NCBI GenBank assembly: GCA_041947025.1
Contig: JBHGBJ010000004.1
Location: 85,580 to 149,579 of the forward strand
DNA length: 64,000 bases
DNA from: Thermodesulfobacteriota bacterium
Lineage (GTDB): Bacteria > Desulfobacterota > BSN033 > UBA1163
Direction of reading: 5' to 3'
A program made the position numbers and the translations under genes. Numbering within the stretch: position 1 is the first letter of the stretch; each line of letters starts with the position of its first letter. Below, one piece after another: positions 10,781-20,540 of this stretch. A model generated the notes under the pieces. That model searched no databases. It worked only from the letters and a program-made list of their open reading frames with translations, and was not told the origin of the DNA.

Positions 10781-10929
10781 TCTCCCTCCGAATTGATTTT
10801 TGGTCTTATTATATCACATTTTAGCAATTATTTGTTGACAAACCTTCGGTTACGGAGGAAGTTTCAACAGCGGGAGAAATTCTGAAAATCTTGACGAACC
10901 TATGCTTTCTTGATACCCTCTGGAGTGGA

Positions 10930-11100
10930 GGTGACCTTCCGATACCGGGATCGCAAGGATAACGACAGGATCAAGTCCATGACTCTGGATGCTTCAGAGT
11001 TCATCCGGCGCTTTCTCCTTCACATCCTGCCCGATGGTTCGTGAAGATCAGGCATTACGGAATCCTGAGCAACCGGGTGAATGGGGTCAGGTCTTGCAAT
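10930..11100 (+). pseudogene. Remnant of the C-terminus of an IS91-family (Y2 HUH) transposase, containing a frameshift
   Basis: Translation YRDRKDNDRIKSMTLDASEFIRRFLLHILPDG then, in the +1 frame, FVKIRHYGILSNR; matches the conserved C-terminal signature of IS91/IS801 transposases. No N-terminal part is present. Confidence 0.5.
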
Positions 11101-12010
11101 AACACATTTTATTTGATAGGGTATCTTCATGACAAGGCCTTTACGAATTGAGTTCGCGGGAGCTGTATATCATATCACATCCAGAGGCAATGCCAAGCAG
11201 GCTATTTTCATCGATGATCAAGATAGAGGTCGGTTTTTTGACGTATTATCGGTTGTTGTGGAGAGATTTAATTGGTTCTGTCATGCCTATTGCCTGATGG
11301 ACAATCATTATCATATTTTGATTGAAACCCCTAGCGGAAATTTATCAAAGGGGATGAGAGAGTTGAACGGGGTGTATACTCAAGGGTTCAATCAAAGGCA
11401 CAAACGTGTAGGCCATCTCTTTCAGGGGAGATATAAGGCGATAATAGTGGAAAAGAACAATCATTTAATGTCTCTCTGTCGATATGTGGTCTTAAACCCT
11501 GTGAGGATTGGTTTAAAAGAAAGACCTGAGCAGTGGAAATGGAGCAGTTATAGCTCTACTATTGGAACAGAGAAAAGACCTGCCTTTTTGACCACTGATT
11601 GGATACTCTCGCAATTTGATGGGAGAAAAAGAGTAGCCATGGAGAAGTATAGAAGGTTTGTGATGGAGGGGGTCGATAAAGAATCTCCATGGGAGACATT
11701 AAGGGGGCAGATCTTTTATGGGACAGATGAATTTATCAAACAACTCGGCGGCTTACTGGATGAGAAGGGGGATATAAAGGAGGTGCCTAAGCTCCAGAGA
11801 TATGCGGCAAGGTCCTCTCTCAGTGAACTGTTTAGCGAGAAAAAAGCGAAGAATAGAAGAGTTAAGGATAAGATTATTCATGCTGCTTATGTTCGTCATG
11901 GTTATACAATGAAAGAAATTGCAGAACATTTGGGTTTCCATTATGCTACTATAAGCCGGGCAATGAAACGGATTGAGCAGAGATAAGATGTATGATTGCA
12001 AGACCTGACC
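11081..12010 (+). mobile_element. IS200/RAYT-like unit: HuH Y1 transposase gene bracketed by 18-bp inverted repeats GGGGTCAGGTCTTGCAAT / ATTGCAAGACCTGACCCC
   Basis: Inverted repeats at 11081-11098 and 11993-12010 read directly, flanking CDS 11129-11986. Confidence 0.55.
11129..11986 (+). CDS. Y1 HuH tyrosine transposase (IS200/REP-associated-tyrosine-transposase-like) with a C-terminal helix-turn-helix extension
   Basis: 285 aa; HuH motif DNHYHILIE, catalytic-Tyr region RYKAIIVEK..., C-terminal DnaA-domain-IV-like HTH (MKEIAEHLGFHYATISRAMKRIEQR). Confidence 0.7.
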   Translation: MTRPLRIEFAGAVYHITSRGNAKQAIFIDDQDRGRFFDVLSVVVERFNWFCHAYCLMDNHYHILIETPSGNLSKGMRELNGVYTQGFNQRHKRVGHLFQGRYKAIIVEKNNHLMSLCRYVVLNPVRIGLKERPEQWKWSSYSSTIGTEKRPAFLTTDWILSQFDGRKRVAMEKYRRFVMEGVDKESPWETLRGQIFYGTDEFIKQLGGLLDEKGDIKEVPKLQRYAARSSLSELFSEKKAKNRRVKDKIIHAAYVRHGYTMKEIAEHLGFHYATISRAMKRIEQR

Positions 12011-12056
12011 CCACTTCATTTAGCCATCAAGCCAGGAAGGTAGAGAGGAGGTTCTC

Positions 12057-12998
12057 ATGCGAATTGCAGTCTTTGGCCCAGGAGGTGCTGGCGGTTACTT
12101 TGGCGCACAACTAGCTCGTGCCGGGGAGGACGTTATCTTCATCGGTCGCGGGGAACACTTGAAGGCAATTCGCGACCGGGGCCTTCGAGTGGAAACTTCC
12201 AAAGGAGAGATTGTCATTCAGCCCGCCCAAGCGACCGATGATCCCGCTCAGGTGGGAGTGGTTGATTCCGTGATCCTCGGCGTCAAGACGTGGCAAGTGG
12301 CAGAGGCGGCACGAGCCATGAAGCCGATGATCGGGCCAAAAACTTTCGTGGTGCCGTTACAAAACGGGGTGGAAGCATCTTCTCAATTAGCCGGAGCCTT
12401 GGGAGCGGAGCACGTCTTAGGCGGTTTGTGCGGAACTTTGAGTTGGATTATGGAGCCGGGCCGTATTCGCAGTATCGGCGAGGCCCATTTCATCAAATTC
12501 GGCGAGTTGGACAATCGGCCAAGTGAACGAGCCGAGCAATTGCGAAAGGTCTTTGAGAGAGCGGGCGTGAAGGTCGAAGTCCCTCCAGACATCCACGTAT
12601 CGCTCTGGGAAAAGTTCCTCTTCGTAGTCTCCTTTGGGGGAGTGGGCGCAGTCACGCGGGCGCCGATCGGGGTAATCCGCACCCTACCTGAGACGCGCCG
12701 GTTGCTGGAAGAATGCCTTCGTGAAATCTTCGCAGTGGCCCGGGGCCGTCAAGTTGCGCTTCCGGACGGAAGCGTTGAGAAGGCAATGGCGTTTCTGGAC
12801 TCTCTGCCACCCGGCGGGACAACATCGCTTCAAAGGGACATTGCCGACGGCAAGCCCTCTGAGCTCGAGGCTTGGAACGGTGCCGTGGTGCGCCTGGGCA
12901 GGGAAGTCGGCGTCGCGACACCGGTCCACGAGATCATTTACCATAGTCTCTTGCCGCTGGAGTTGCGCGCCCGCGGCAAAGTCCAGTTTCCTGCGTGA
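12057..12998 (+). CDS. panE: 2-dehydropantoate 2-reductase (ketopantoate reductase)
   Basis: 313 aa; N-terminal Rossmann motif MRIAVFGPGGAGGYFG, ApbA/PanE family pattern. Confidence 0.8.
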   Translation: MRIAVFGPGGAGGYFGAQLARAGEDVIFIGRGEHLKAIRDRGLRVETSKGEIVIQPAQATDDPAQVGVVDSVILGVKTWQVAEAARAMKPMIGPKTFVVPLQNGVEASSQLAGALGAEHVLGGLCGTLSWIMEPGRIRSIGEAHFIKFGELDNRPSERAEQLRKVFERAGVKVEVPPDIHVSLWEKFLFVVSFGGVGAVTRAPIGVIRTLPETRRLLEECLREIFAVARGRQVALPDGSVEKAMAFLDSLPPGGTTSLQRDIADGKPSELEAWNGAVVRLGREVGVATPVHEIIYHSLLPLELRARGKVQFPA

Positions 12999-13007
12999 TG
13001 GAGTGCC

Positions 13008-13943
13008 ATGATGAGACGTGATTTTGCCGCCAATGCCGGAGCATTTATTGCAGCCATTCTCTTCGGGGCCTCGGTCGTTGCCGTCCGGGTTGCGGTTCAA
13101 GATATTCCACCTTTGACGCTGGCAATCCTACGATTCGCACAGGGAGGCCTTCTCTTACTGATCTTTCTGCTCATTTGGTCGCGAAATCTTCTCCGTATCG
13201 GATGGCGCGATGTTCCCTACCTTCTTCTTCTCGGAGCCATTTTCTTTACCATCTTTCCGGTCACCTTTAACACCAGTCTCCGTCTGACCCAGGCGTCGCG
13301 CGGCGCATTGATGCTGGCAACGATGCCCCTCTGGAGCGTCTTGATTGCCCGGGCCGCTAAAAAGGAGCGCCTCAGCACACGGCAAATGTGCGGCGTCTTG
13401 CTGACCTTCGCAGGCGTGGGGATCGTGCTTGCGGAGCGAGGATTGGCTTTTTCCGGCACAAGCTTATCTCTTGCAGGAGATGGACTCATGCTGGTGACCG
13501 CACTCTGCGGCGCAGTCTATGGGGTCTTGGCAAAGCCGATGTTGACTCGCTACAAGGCTTTGACCGTAACGGCTTATGCGATGCTGTTTGGCACACTCCT
13601 GCTTGTACCAGCCGCTTTTTTCGAAGATCCTTTCTCCGCAATGGCACGGATGCATACCGATACCGTATGGCTCGTATTGTTCCTCGGAATATTCGGCGGA
13701 GCCATTGCCTATTTTCTCTGGACCTTTGCCCTGACGCGCCTTTCTCCGACCCAGGTCGCAGTCTATGTGAACCTGAACCCGATGATGGCGACTCTCCTGG
13801 GCGCAACCCTTCTCGCGGAAAAACTGACCGGCATCTTCACCGCCGGATTTGTAGCGGTATTGGCAGGAGTATTGCTTGTCAATTTACCCGGCAGAGTACG
13901 AACGCCGCTTCCTATTGAGAAATCTCAAACCATTCGCGGCTGA
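13008..13943 (+). CDS. EamA/DMT-family transporter (10 TM)
   Basis: 311 aa, two EamA-like repeats, hydrophobic throughout. Confidence 0.75.
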   Translation: MMRRDFAANAGAFIAAILFGASVVAVRVAVQDIPPLTLAILRFAQGGLLLLIFLLIWSRNLLRIGWRDVPYLLLLGAIFFTIFPVTFNTSLRLTQASRGALMLATMPLWSVLIARAAKKERLSTRQMCGVLLTFAGVGIVLAERGLAFSGTSLSLAGDGLMLVTALCGAVYGVLAKPMLTRYKALTVTAYAMLFGTLLLVPAAFFEDPFSAMARMHTDTVWLVLFLGIFGGAIAYFLWTFALTRLSPTQVAVYVNLNPMMATLLGATLLAEKLTGIFTAGFVAVLAGVLLVNLPGRVRTPLPIEKSQTIRG

Positions 13944-15369
13944 AGTATCTCTTGGAGATGAGGAAGGCCTGGACGAATTGCGAGAGATTCATAGACCACC
14001 AGACAGAAGCAGCACCGAAGCCGAAGAGAACAACAAAGATATAGCTCAAGGGAATTCTTACCAGCCACACGCTGAGGGCTATTCTTATCAAGACACTCTT
14101 CGTATCCCCTGCCCCGTTTAGCCCCCCACTGAGAATAACGCTCCACGCCATAAACGGCTCGCTGATCAGGCTGATAAAGATATATTTGACGCTTTCCTGG
14201 ATAACGATTTCGTTCTTTGACAGGAACGACACAATCCACCTCGCATTTGAGACCACTGCGATGACCATCAGGCTTACGATCACAACCCCAATCGTTGCCG
14301 TGACAAGGCCACTCTTAAAAGCATCTTCTTCTTTCTTTTCGCCCAAATGGTTTCCAACGATCACGGCATTGGCCATATTGAATCCAAACACTGGAAGATA
14401 AATGGCTGACTCGATCCTCAGTCCGGCGGTCAGGGCCGCAAGGATTTCAATCTTATGCTCGGGCAGGACACTCAATATGAGGAAAAGAACCATCGAGGAG
14501 AGCTGCCACAGGACCTGCAGAACGCCCATGGGCCAGCCAATGCTCGCAATCTTCTTGACCCGGCCCAGGGAGAATCTCTTTTCACCGCTCATGAGGCTTC
14601 TGACACAGGTGAGATTGACCAGACACCCGATCAAGACACTTGAAGCCGTGGCCAATGCAATCCCCCTGAAACCCAGGGCCGTGTGAAATACGAAGAAGAA
14701 ATTGAGCGAGATATTGACCCCGCATACAAGGGCCATGGTCCTCAAGGAGGACTTAACCCTGTTACAGGATCGGAGAATCCCATTACAGTTAATCAGCACA
14801 TAGTGAAAGAGCAACCCGGCAGCATAGATGCGAATGAAGGAGATCGTCAGAGGTTTGAGTTCTCCGGGGATATTCAGGATCTGGATCATGGCCGGGCTCA
14901 AAAATATGCCTGCCACGGCAAGGATCGCCCCGGCAATCGTTGCTGTCACAATTGAGGAAAAGACCGATTCCGTTATCTCTTCTTCGTTCTTTGAGGCAAA
15001 AAGCCTCGAAACGACCGAGACAGTCCCCACGGTAAGTGCATTGGCAATGACGATGAAGATGAAATAGAGTTGAACGACGAAACCATAGGCAGCTTGAACC
15101 TCTTTGCCAACCCTGCCAGCAATATAGACATCGGTGAGGCCGATCAAAAACTCAAAGAACATAATCAACGTCATCGGCCAACTGACGGACCAGCTACGGG
15201 AGACGAAGGCCCTGGTATCCAAAGATTTTCTGTCAGGAGGCGTGATCCTTTTACGCTTTTCCAAAATCCTTTCCCATGATCCTCCAGAGAATCTCCTCGA
15301 TTTCAGCCGACATCTTGGGAATTCTCTCCCCTTCCCTTCCCTTGATTCGAATCTCATACAGAGTTTCAA
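13912..15369 (-). CDS. MATE-family efflux transporter; the true start is uncertain (the 15369 start is TTG and would overlap the upstream gene by about 118 nt)
   Basis: 12-TM MATE pattern (RKSLDTRAF...WPMTLIMFFEFLIGLTDVYIAGRVG). Confidence 0.75.
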   Translation of the reverse strand: MKLCMRFESREGKGREFPRCRLKSRRFSGGSWERILEKRKRITPPDRKSLDTRAFVSRSWSVSWPMTLIMFFEFLIGLTDVYIAGRVGKEVQAAYGFVVQLYFIFIVIANALTVGTVSVVSRLFASKNEEEITESVFSSIVTATIAGAILAVAGIFLSPAMIQILNIPGELKPLTISFIRIYAAGLLFHYVLINCNGILRSCNRVKSSLRTMALVCGVNISLNFFFVFHTALGFRGIALATASSVLIGCLVNLTCVRSLMSGEKRFSLGRVKKIASIGWPMGVLQVLWQLSSMVLFLILSVLPEHKIEILAALTAGLRIESAIYLPVFGFNMANAVIVGNHLGEKKEEDAFKSGLVTATIGVVIVSLMVIAVVSNARWIVSFLSKNEIVIQESVKYIFISLISEPFMAWSVILSGGLNGAGDTKSVLIRIALSVWLVRIPLSYIFVVLFGFGAASVWWSMNLSQFVQAFLISKRYFSREWFEISQ

Positions 15370-16153
15370 GCTGGGGAATGAGATTTTTCAGCTCAGGGGT
15401 CTTCTCCACCCTCTGGTTGATCAAGTTACGTTGTTCGGCCGCCCTCTCAAAATCCTTCTTATCGATCGGGATGCGATAGAGCAAGTTCAGGATCTCCAGG
15501 AGGCGCACCTTCCCAAGGTAGTCTTCCTCCAAAGAGACATACTGGGGCAGTGAGACAATAAACCAGATCGTCTCTATCCCGAAGTCGGGCGCCCTTTGCA
15601 AGATGAGAGTCATAATACTGGTCGGCCCCTCGTAATGGCTTGCCTGTGCTTCCGATTTCTTGAGATCGAGCTCCGTTTCTCTCCCGACCGCCCCTCCGTT
15701 CACAATGAAAGGCTTTGTATGAGGCACCGCGTCATACATGCTCCCCAGGAGGCAATATTTCTTAACCTTGAGAACCTTAAGGAGCCGTAAAACAGATTCC
15801 ACATAGACCTCCGCCAAACCATGAGGCTCAAGAAGGCGGAGGAAAAGAAAGTCATTCCCTTCCTCCCTCTTGGCGTAGGAGAGAGCCACATTGGGGATGG
15901 AGACTCGCCGGGTCTCTCCCTCAAAATAGAGAGTCGGACGATAGCGGGTGAAATCGAAGAAGCAACCGGGCTTAGCCAGTCTGGCCAACTCCTTCGCTTT
16001 AAATTGAGCCTCCAATCCGTTCAGGATCAAGCTGCCGACATGATTGACGTCGATCCACGGGTTCAGGACTGCAAAGACATAAGGCTCGTTCAAATCCGGT
16101 ATCGGTTCGTCTAAGACAAAGGCACCTATCTTCACTTGTTGTCCCTCCGGCAT
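15251..16153 (-). CDS. PAC2-family (proteasome assembly chaperone 2-like) protein
   Basis: 300 aa; N-terminal YVFAVLNPWIDVNHVGSLILNGL resembles the PAC2 GW.D.G motif, and the later LPQYVS...LLEILNLL region resembles the PAC2 core; assignment is from memory of family patterns only. Confidence 0.4.
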   Translation of the reverse strand: MPEGQQVKIGAFVLDEPIPDLNEPYVFAVLNPWIDVNHVGSLILNGLEAQFKAKELARLAKPGCFFDFTRYRPTLYFEGETRRVSIPNVALSYAKREEGNDFLFLRLLEPHGLAEVYVESVLRLLKVLKVKKYCLLGSMYDAVPHTKPFIVNGGAVGRETELDLKKSEAQASHYEGPTSIMTLILQRAPDFGIETIWFIVSLPQYVSLEEDYLGKVRLLEILNLLYRIPIDKKDFERAAEQRNLINQRVEKTPELKNLIPQLETLYEIRIKGREGERIPKMSAEIEEILWRIMGKDFGKA

Positions 16154-16303
16154 GAACTCTCTTTTATTCTATTATAAAGAATCCTTAAAATCCTTGGAAA
16201 TAAATTTCTGGTGACAAGGAAGGATCCCGGAATTCACACTTGCGGCTTAATCTGTTCTGGATTGGATTTCAGTAAACACATTCTTTGCCGAGAAACCATC
16301 CAT

Positions 16304-16993
16304 TCATATCTTCAGGCCTGAGGCAAGTTCCTGCAAGGCCTCGCGATTCAGGATAAGAATCCTGTTCTTCTTTACATCGATGATCCCCTTGGCCTTCATC
16401 TTTGCCAGGGTCCTTGAAAGGGTCTCACTGATCGTTCCCAGCTTTAAGGCCAACTGGGTCTTGCTCAAATCAAGTTCGACCTCCTTGGCGCTTTTCCCCT
16501 CCCTTGATAATTTCAGCGAAAGGTCGATCAGGTACTTTGCGATCCGGGAGGAAACTTCCTTCAGTGAAAGCTCCTCGATCAGGGATGCAAATCTCTTTAA
16601 GAACTGGGAGAGGGAGACGATCATGTTGATGCTGAGCTGGGGATTCTTTTCGATCAACCGTATAAAATCTTTTTTTGGAAAAAAGAGAAGTTGACTATCG
16701 CTTAGGGCCTCGGCAAAAGCAGGATAAGTCCCTTCGAGAAAAAGGGCTGCTTCGGCAAAAGAATCGGGAGCATTGACCACGTGGAGAATCTGTTCTTTTC
16801 CATCGGCCGAAACCTTATAGACCTTCACCTTTCCTGAAAGGATCACATAGAATCCTCGGGTCTCCTCCCCTTCGGCGAAAAGGACTGCTCTTTTTTCGAC
16901 CTGCCTTACGGAGGCGATGGACCTTAACTTCTTCAGGTCTTCATCCTGCAATCCGGAAAAAAGAGGACATCGTCTTAAGAGATCAATGGACAT
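16304..16993 (-). CDS. Crp/Fnr-family transcriptional regulator (cNMP-binding domain plus C-terminal HTH)
   Basis: Likely start MSIDLLRRCPLFSGL; cNMP-binding beta-roll; HTH TQLALKLGTISETLSRTLAKM. Confidence 0.8.
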   Translation of the reverse strand: MSIDLLRRCPLFSGLQDEDLKKLRSIASVRQVEKRAVLFAEGEETRGFYVILSGKVKVYKVSADGKEQILHVVNAPDSFAEAALFLEGTYPAFAEALSDSQLLFFPKKDFIRLIEKNPQLSINMIVSLSQFLKRFASLIEELSLKEVSSRIAKYLIDLSLKLSREGKSAKEVELDLSKTQLALKLGTISETLSRTLAKMKAKGIIDVKKNRILILNREALQELASGLKI

Positions 16994-17336
16994 AAGGGCC
17001 TCAGGCTTGAAGAGCGCTTCGCTTGAGGACCGCTTTGCTTGAGGCAAAATAATCACTCAACCCCAAGGCCAAAAGCCGCTCCTCAAATCCCGCTCTGCGG
17101 GTTGTTCCTCCATCCCCCAACAGACTTCAATTTATAGTCTTCTTGCCATTTTTGCAAGCAAAAAGAAGCCAACCGCCTTCCAGATAAAAAGATTATTAAA
17201 TGATTCCAATTACATAGAGCATTATCCGGCCTTCTTCCTCCCTCTCTAAAAGTCATTCTCTCTTGCCAATATGATGTTGAAATAAAAAAGGATTTATGTT
17301 AATTTTAGTCAATACTTACCTCTGGAGAAAAAATCT

Positions 17337-19139
17337 TTGAATTCCCTTGTTAAAAACCTGATTTTTTGGGGGATTATTATTGCCGCGATGATCCTCCTTT
17401 TCAACCTTTTCAGCAAACCGCGCCAAACAATAATGGAAAAGAACTACTCCGATTTCATCTCTGCGGTTGAAGACAATAAGGTCCTTGAAGTCGAGAGCCG
17501 CGGCAGAAACATCATCTGGAGGGATGCTGAGGGGAAGCGTTACCAGACTTATGCACCCGAAGATCCTGAGATGATTAGGCTTCTTAGAGAGAAGAAGGTG
17601 ACCATTACCGCGAAGAAAGAGGAAGAGTCTCCTCTCTGGCAGAATATCTTAATCTCCTGGTTTCCGATGATTCTTCTGATCGGTGTCTGGCTCTTTTTCA
17701 TGAGGCAGATGCAAATCGGAGGAGGAAAGGCCCTCTCCTTCGGAAAGAGCAAGGCCAAAATCCTGACCAAGGAACATCATCAAGTCACCTTCGAGAATGT
17801 GGCTGGGATCGAGGAGGCAAAGGACGAGCTTCAGGAGATCATTGCCTTCCTCAGGGATCCTAAGAAGTTTACGAAACTGGGAGGAAGAATCCCCAAGGGC
17901 GTCCTCCTCATCGGCGCTCCCGGAACCGGGAAGACACTTCTGGCGCGGGCCATTGCGGGTGAAGCGGATGTCCCATTTTTCAGTATCAGTGGCTCGGATT
18001 TCGTCGAAATGTTCGTCGGCGTCGGAGCTTCACGGGTACGAGACCTCTTTCTCCAGGGAAAAAGAAATGCTCCCTGTATCATTTTTATTGACGAAATCGA
18101 CGCGGTCGGCAGGCACCGGGGAGCAGGTCTGGGCGGCGGCCATGATGAACGGGAGCAGACCCTGAACCAATTGCTGGTCGAAATGGACGGTTTTGAATCG
18201 AATGAAGGCGTGATCCTGATTGCGGCGACAAACCGGCCGGATGTCTTGGATCCTGCCCTGCTCAGGCCAGGCCGTTTCGACCGCCAGGTCGTCGTGCCCG
18301 TTCCCGATGTGAAGGGAAGAGAGGAAATCTTAAGCGTTCACTCCAAGAGGACACCCTTAGCCGAGGATGTGAAGCTCGATGTTCTGGCCAGAGGGACGCC
18401 CGGTTTTACCGGAGCCGATCTCGAAAATCTGGTCAACGAGGCGGCTCTTCTGGCTGCCCGGCTGGGAAAAGAACGGGTTGAGATGATCGATCTCGAACAG
18501 GCCAAGGATAAAGTCCTCATGGGCGTGGAGCGTAAATCGATGATCATTCCTCTCGAAGAAAGGAAAATTACCGCCTATCACGAGGCTGGCCACACCTTGG
18601 TGGCCAGGATGATTCCGGGGACAGATCCCATCCATAAGGTGACCATTATCCCCAGGGGACGGGCCCTGGGGCTGACCCAGCAGCTTCCCCTCGATGAAAA
18701 ACATACCTACCCAAAGGATTACCTCCTGAACAATATCACCATCATGATGGGCGGAAGGGCTGCAGAAGAATTGGTCTTGAACCGACAAACCACCGGAGCA
18801 GGAAACGATATCGAACAGTCCACGGGCATTGCCCGAAAGATGGTCTGCGAGTGGGGGATGAGCGAAAACCTGGGTCCCCTCAGCTTCGGCAAGCAAGAAG
18901 AGCAGATCTTCCTGGGAAGAGAGTTTGCCCAGCACCGGGACTATAGTGAAGACACAGCCCGCCTGATCGACAGTGAGATCAGGATGATCATCAATCAGAG
19001 CTATGAAAAAGCAAGAGAGATCCTCCAAAAGAACATCGCCATACTCCATCAATTAGCCAATGCCCTTCTCGAAAAAGAGGTCCTTGATAGTCGCGAGATC
19101 GATTCGATTATAAAGGGGGAGACGGTTTCGCTTTCATGA
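17337..19139 (+). CDS. ftsH: ATP-dependent zinc metalloprotease FtsH
   Basis: 600 aa; two N-terminal TM segments, AAA+ Walker A GAPGTGKT, second region of homology, zinc HEAGH motif; TTG start with upstream GGAG. Confidence 0.92.
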   Translation: MNSLVKNLIFWGIIIAAMILLFNLFSKPRQTIMEKNYSDFISAVEDNKVLEVESRGRNIIWRDAEGKRYQTYAPEDPEMIRLLREKKVTITAKKEEESPLWQNILISWFPMILLIGVWLFFMRQMQIGGGKALSFGKSKAKILTKEHHQVTFENVAGIEEAKDELQEIIAFLRDPKKFTKLGGRIPKGVLLIGAPGTGKTLLARAIAGEADVPFFSISGSDFVEMFVGVGASRVRDLFLQGKRNAPCIIFIDEIDAVGRHRGAGLGGGHDEREQTLNQLLVEMDGFESNEGVILIAATNRPDVLDPALLRPGRFDRQVVVPVPDVKGREEILSVHSKRTPLAEDVKLDVLARGTPGFTGADLENLVNEAALLAARLGKERVEMIDLEQAKDKVLMGVERKSMIIPLEERKITAYHEAGHTLVARMIPGTDPIHKVTIIPRGRALGLTQQLPLDEKHTYPKDYLLNNITIMMGGRAAEELVLNRQTTGAGNDIEQSTGIARKMVCEWGMSENLGPLSFGKQEEQIFLGREFAQHRDYSEDTARLIDSEIRMIINQSYEKAREILQKNIAILHQLANALLEKEVLDSREIDSIIKGETVSLS

Positions 19140-19140
19140 G

Positions 19141-20343
19141 ATGAACTTGATCAGGTGCCTTCATATCACCAATGCCAGAGAGACCATTCACCAAATGGGG
19201 ATGGTCGGGGTGGATGCCACTGGTATGAAGTTGATGAAGGGAAAGGCTCTTCATTTCAACCTCAGGGTTGAAGGAATCAATCCTCGAATTGCCAATCTGC
19301 TCAAACAAGAGATGCTTTCCCTGGGCGGCGATGCCGCTCTCGACAAGAGGGGGCTCGATTGTAGCACCGGACAGACGGATTCCATTCTTATGGGAACCCA
19401 GAAGCAGTTTGAAAAGCTCGTCCTCAAACTGGATCAGTACCCCAATCTCCGGCTGGTCGGCGAATCCCTGAGAGAGACCCTTGAGAACATTTCCAAGACC
19501 CGCTATTCGATCCGTTGCAGGAAGAAGACCTACACCCTGGGAAAACGAACCCTTCTCATGGGAGTACTCAATGTGACACCGGACTCTTTTTCGGACGGGG
19601 GTCTCTTCTTTGATCAGGAAAAAGCCATTGCTCATGGATTGAGGATGATGGAAGAGGGTGCAGATTTCATAGACATTGGAGGGGAATCGACCAGGCCGGG
19701 CTCAAAGCCTCTTGGACTGGAGGAAGAGCTCCGCCGGGTGATCCCTGTGATCGAGTCTCTTGCAAAAGAGGGGGAAGTCCCGATTTCGATCGATACCTAT
19801 AAGTCGGCTGTGGCAGAGAGAGCCATTGCAGCAGGAGCTGAAATCATCAATGACATCAGTGGGCTACATTTCGATCCCCTTCTCGGGAAAGTGGCTGCAA
19901 AGGAAGGTGTCCCGATTGTCCTGATGCACATCCGTGGAACACCTGAAACGATGCAGAAGGACGTCCATTATGACTCCCTTTTCTCCGAAATCCTTCAATA
20001 TTTGAAAGAGTCCATTCGAAGGGCGGAATCAGCCGGGGTGGACCCTCAACAAATCATTGTCGATCCGGGCATTGGCTTTGGAAAGAACCTCGAAGACAAC
20101 CTTCTTATCATAAAACATATGCAAGAATTCCGGGTACTTGGAAAACCTTTGCTCCTGGGGACCTCCCGGAAGACTTTCATCGGGAAGATTCTTAATGCGG
20201 AAGTCAACGGTCGGCTTGAGGGAACACTTTCAAGCATCGCCATCTGTGCCATGAACGGAGCTCACATTATCCGTTGCCATGATGTGCTGCAGGCAAGAAA
20301 AGCAGTTGCCGTTGCAGATGCGATCCGTCTGGCAGGGGCTTAA
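19141..20343 (+). CDS. folP: Dihydropteroate synthase with an extra N-terminal domain of about 120 aa
   Basis: Pterin-binding DHPS core (LMGVLNVTPDSFSDGG...DIGGESTRPG...); start overlaps the ftsH stop. Confidence 0.85.
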   Translation: MNLIRCLHITNARETIHQMGMVGVDATGMKLMKGKALHFNLRVEGINPRIANLLKQEMLSLGGDAALDKRGLDCSTGQTDSILMGTQKQFEKLVLKLDQYPNLRLVGESLRETLENISKTRYSIRCRKKTYTLGKRTLLMGVLNVTPDSFSDGGLFFDQEKAIAHGLRMMEEGADFIDIGGESTRPGSKPLGLEEELRRVIPVIESLAKEGEVPISIDTYKSAVAERAIAAGAEIINDISGLHFDPLLGKVAAKEGVPIVLMHIRGTPETMQKDVHYDSLFSEILQYLKESIRRAESAGVDPQQIIVDPGIGFGKNLEDNLLIIKHMQEFRVLGKPLLLGTSRKTFIGKILNAEVNGRLEGTLSSIAICAMNGAHIIRCHDVLQARKAVAVADAIRLAGA

Positions 20344-20357
20344 GAGTTCGGAGTTGT

Positions 20358-20385
20358 AGGGAACGCAGATCTGCATTCCCTACAG
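20358..20385. repeat. Gene-end palindrome GTAGGGAACGCAGATCTGCATTCCCTAC preceded by GAGTTCGGAGTTG
   Basis: Read directly; related GAGTTCGGAGT-containing elements occur at the acpS and tsaE 3' ends. Confidence 0.5.
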
Positions 20386-20540
20386 CGGAATGAACGCTGA
20401 AAAGGGTTAGGAGGCCAGTCTGGTTTCTTTACCCCTTACGAAAGCCTTCTGTGATGAGGCTTGACCTTCTCAATAAATCTATGTTAACGATTTTCCAACT
20501 TTGTTCTCGACCTTAGCCGGAGACTGGAGAACGAATCAAA

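Noticed and set aside
13925-15553. Several plus-strand ORFs (14186-14401, 14402-14686, 14683-14955, 15134-15553) within the MATE and PAC2 region
   Set aside because: They are antisense to the MATE and PAC2 genes and have no motifs.
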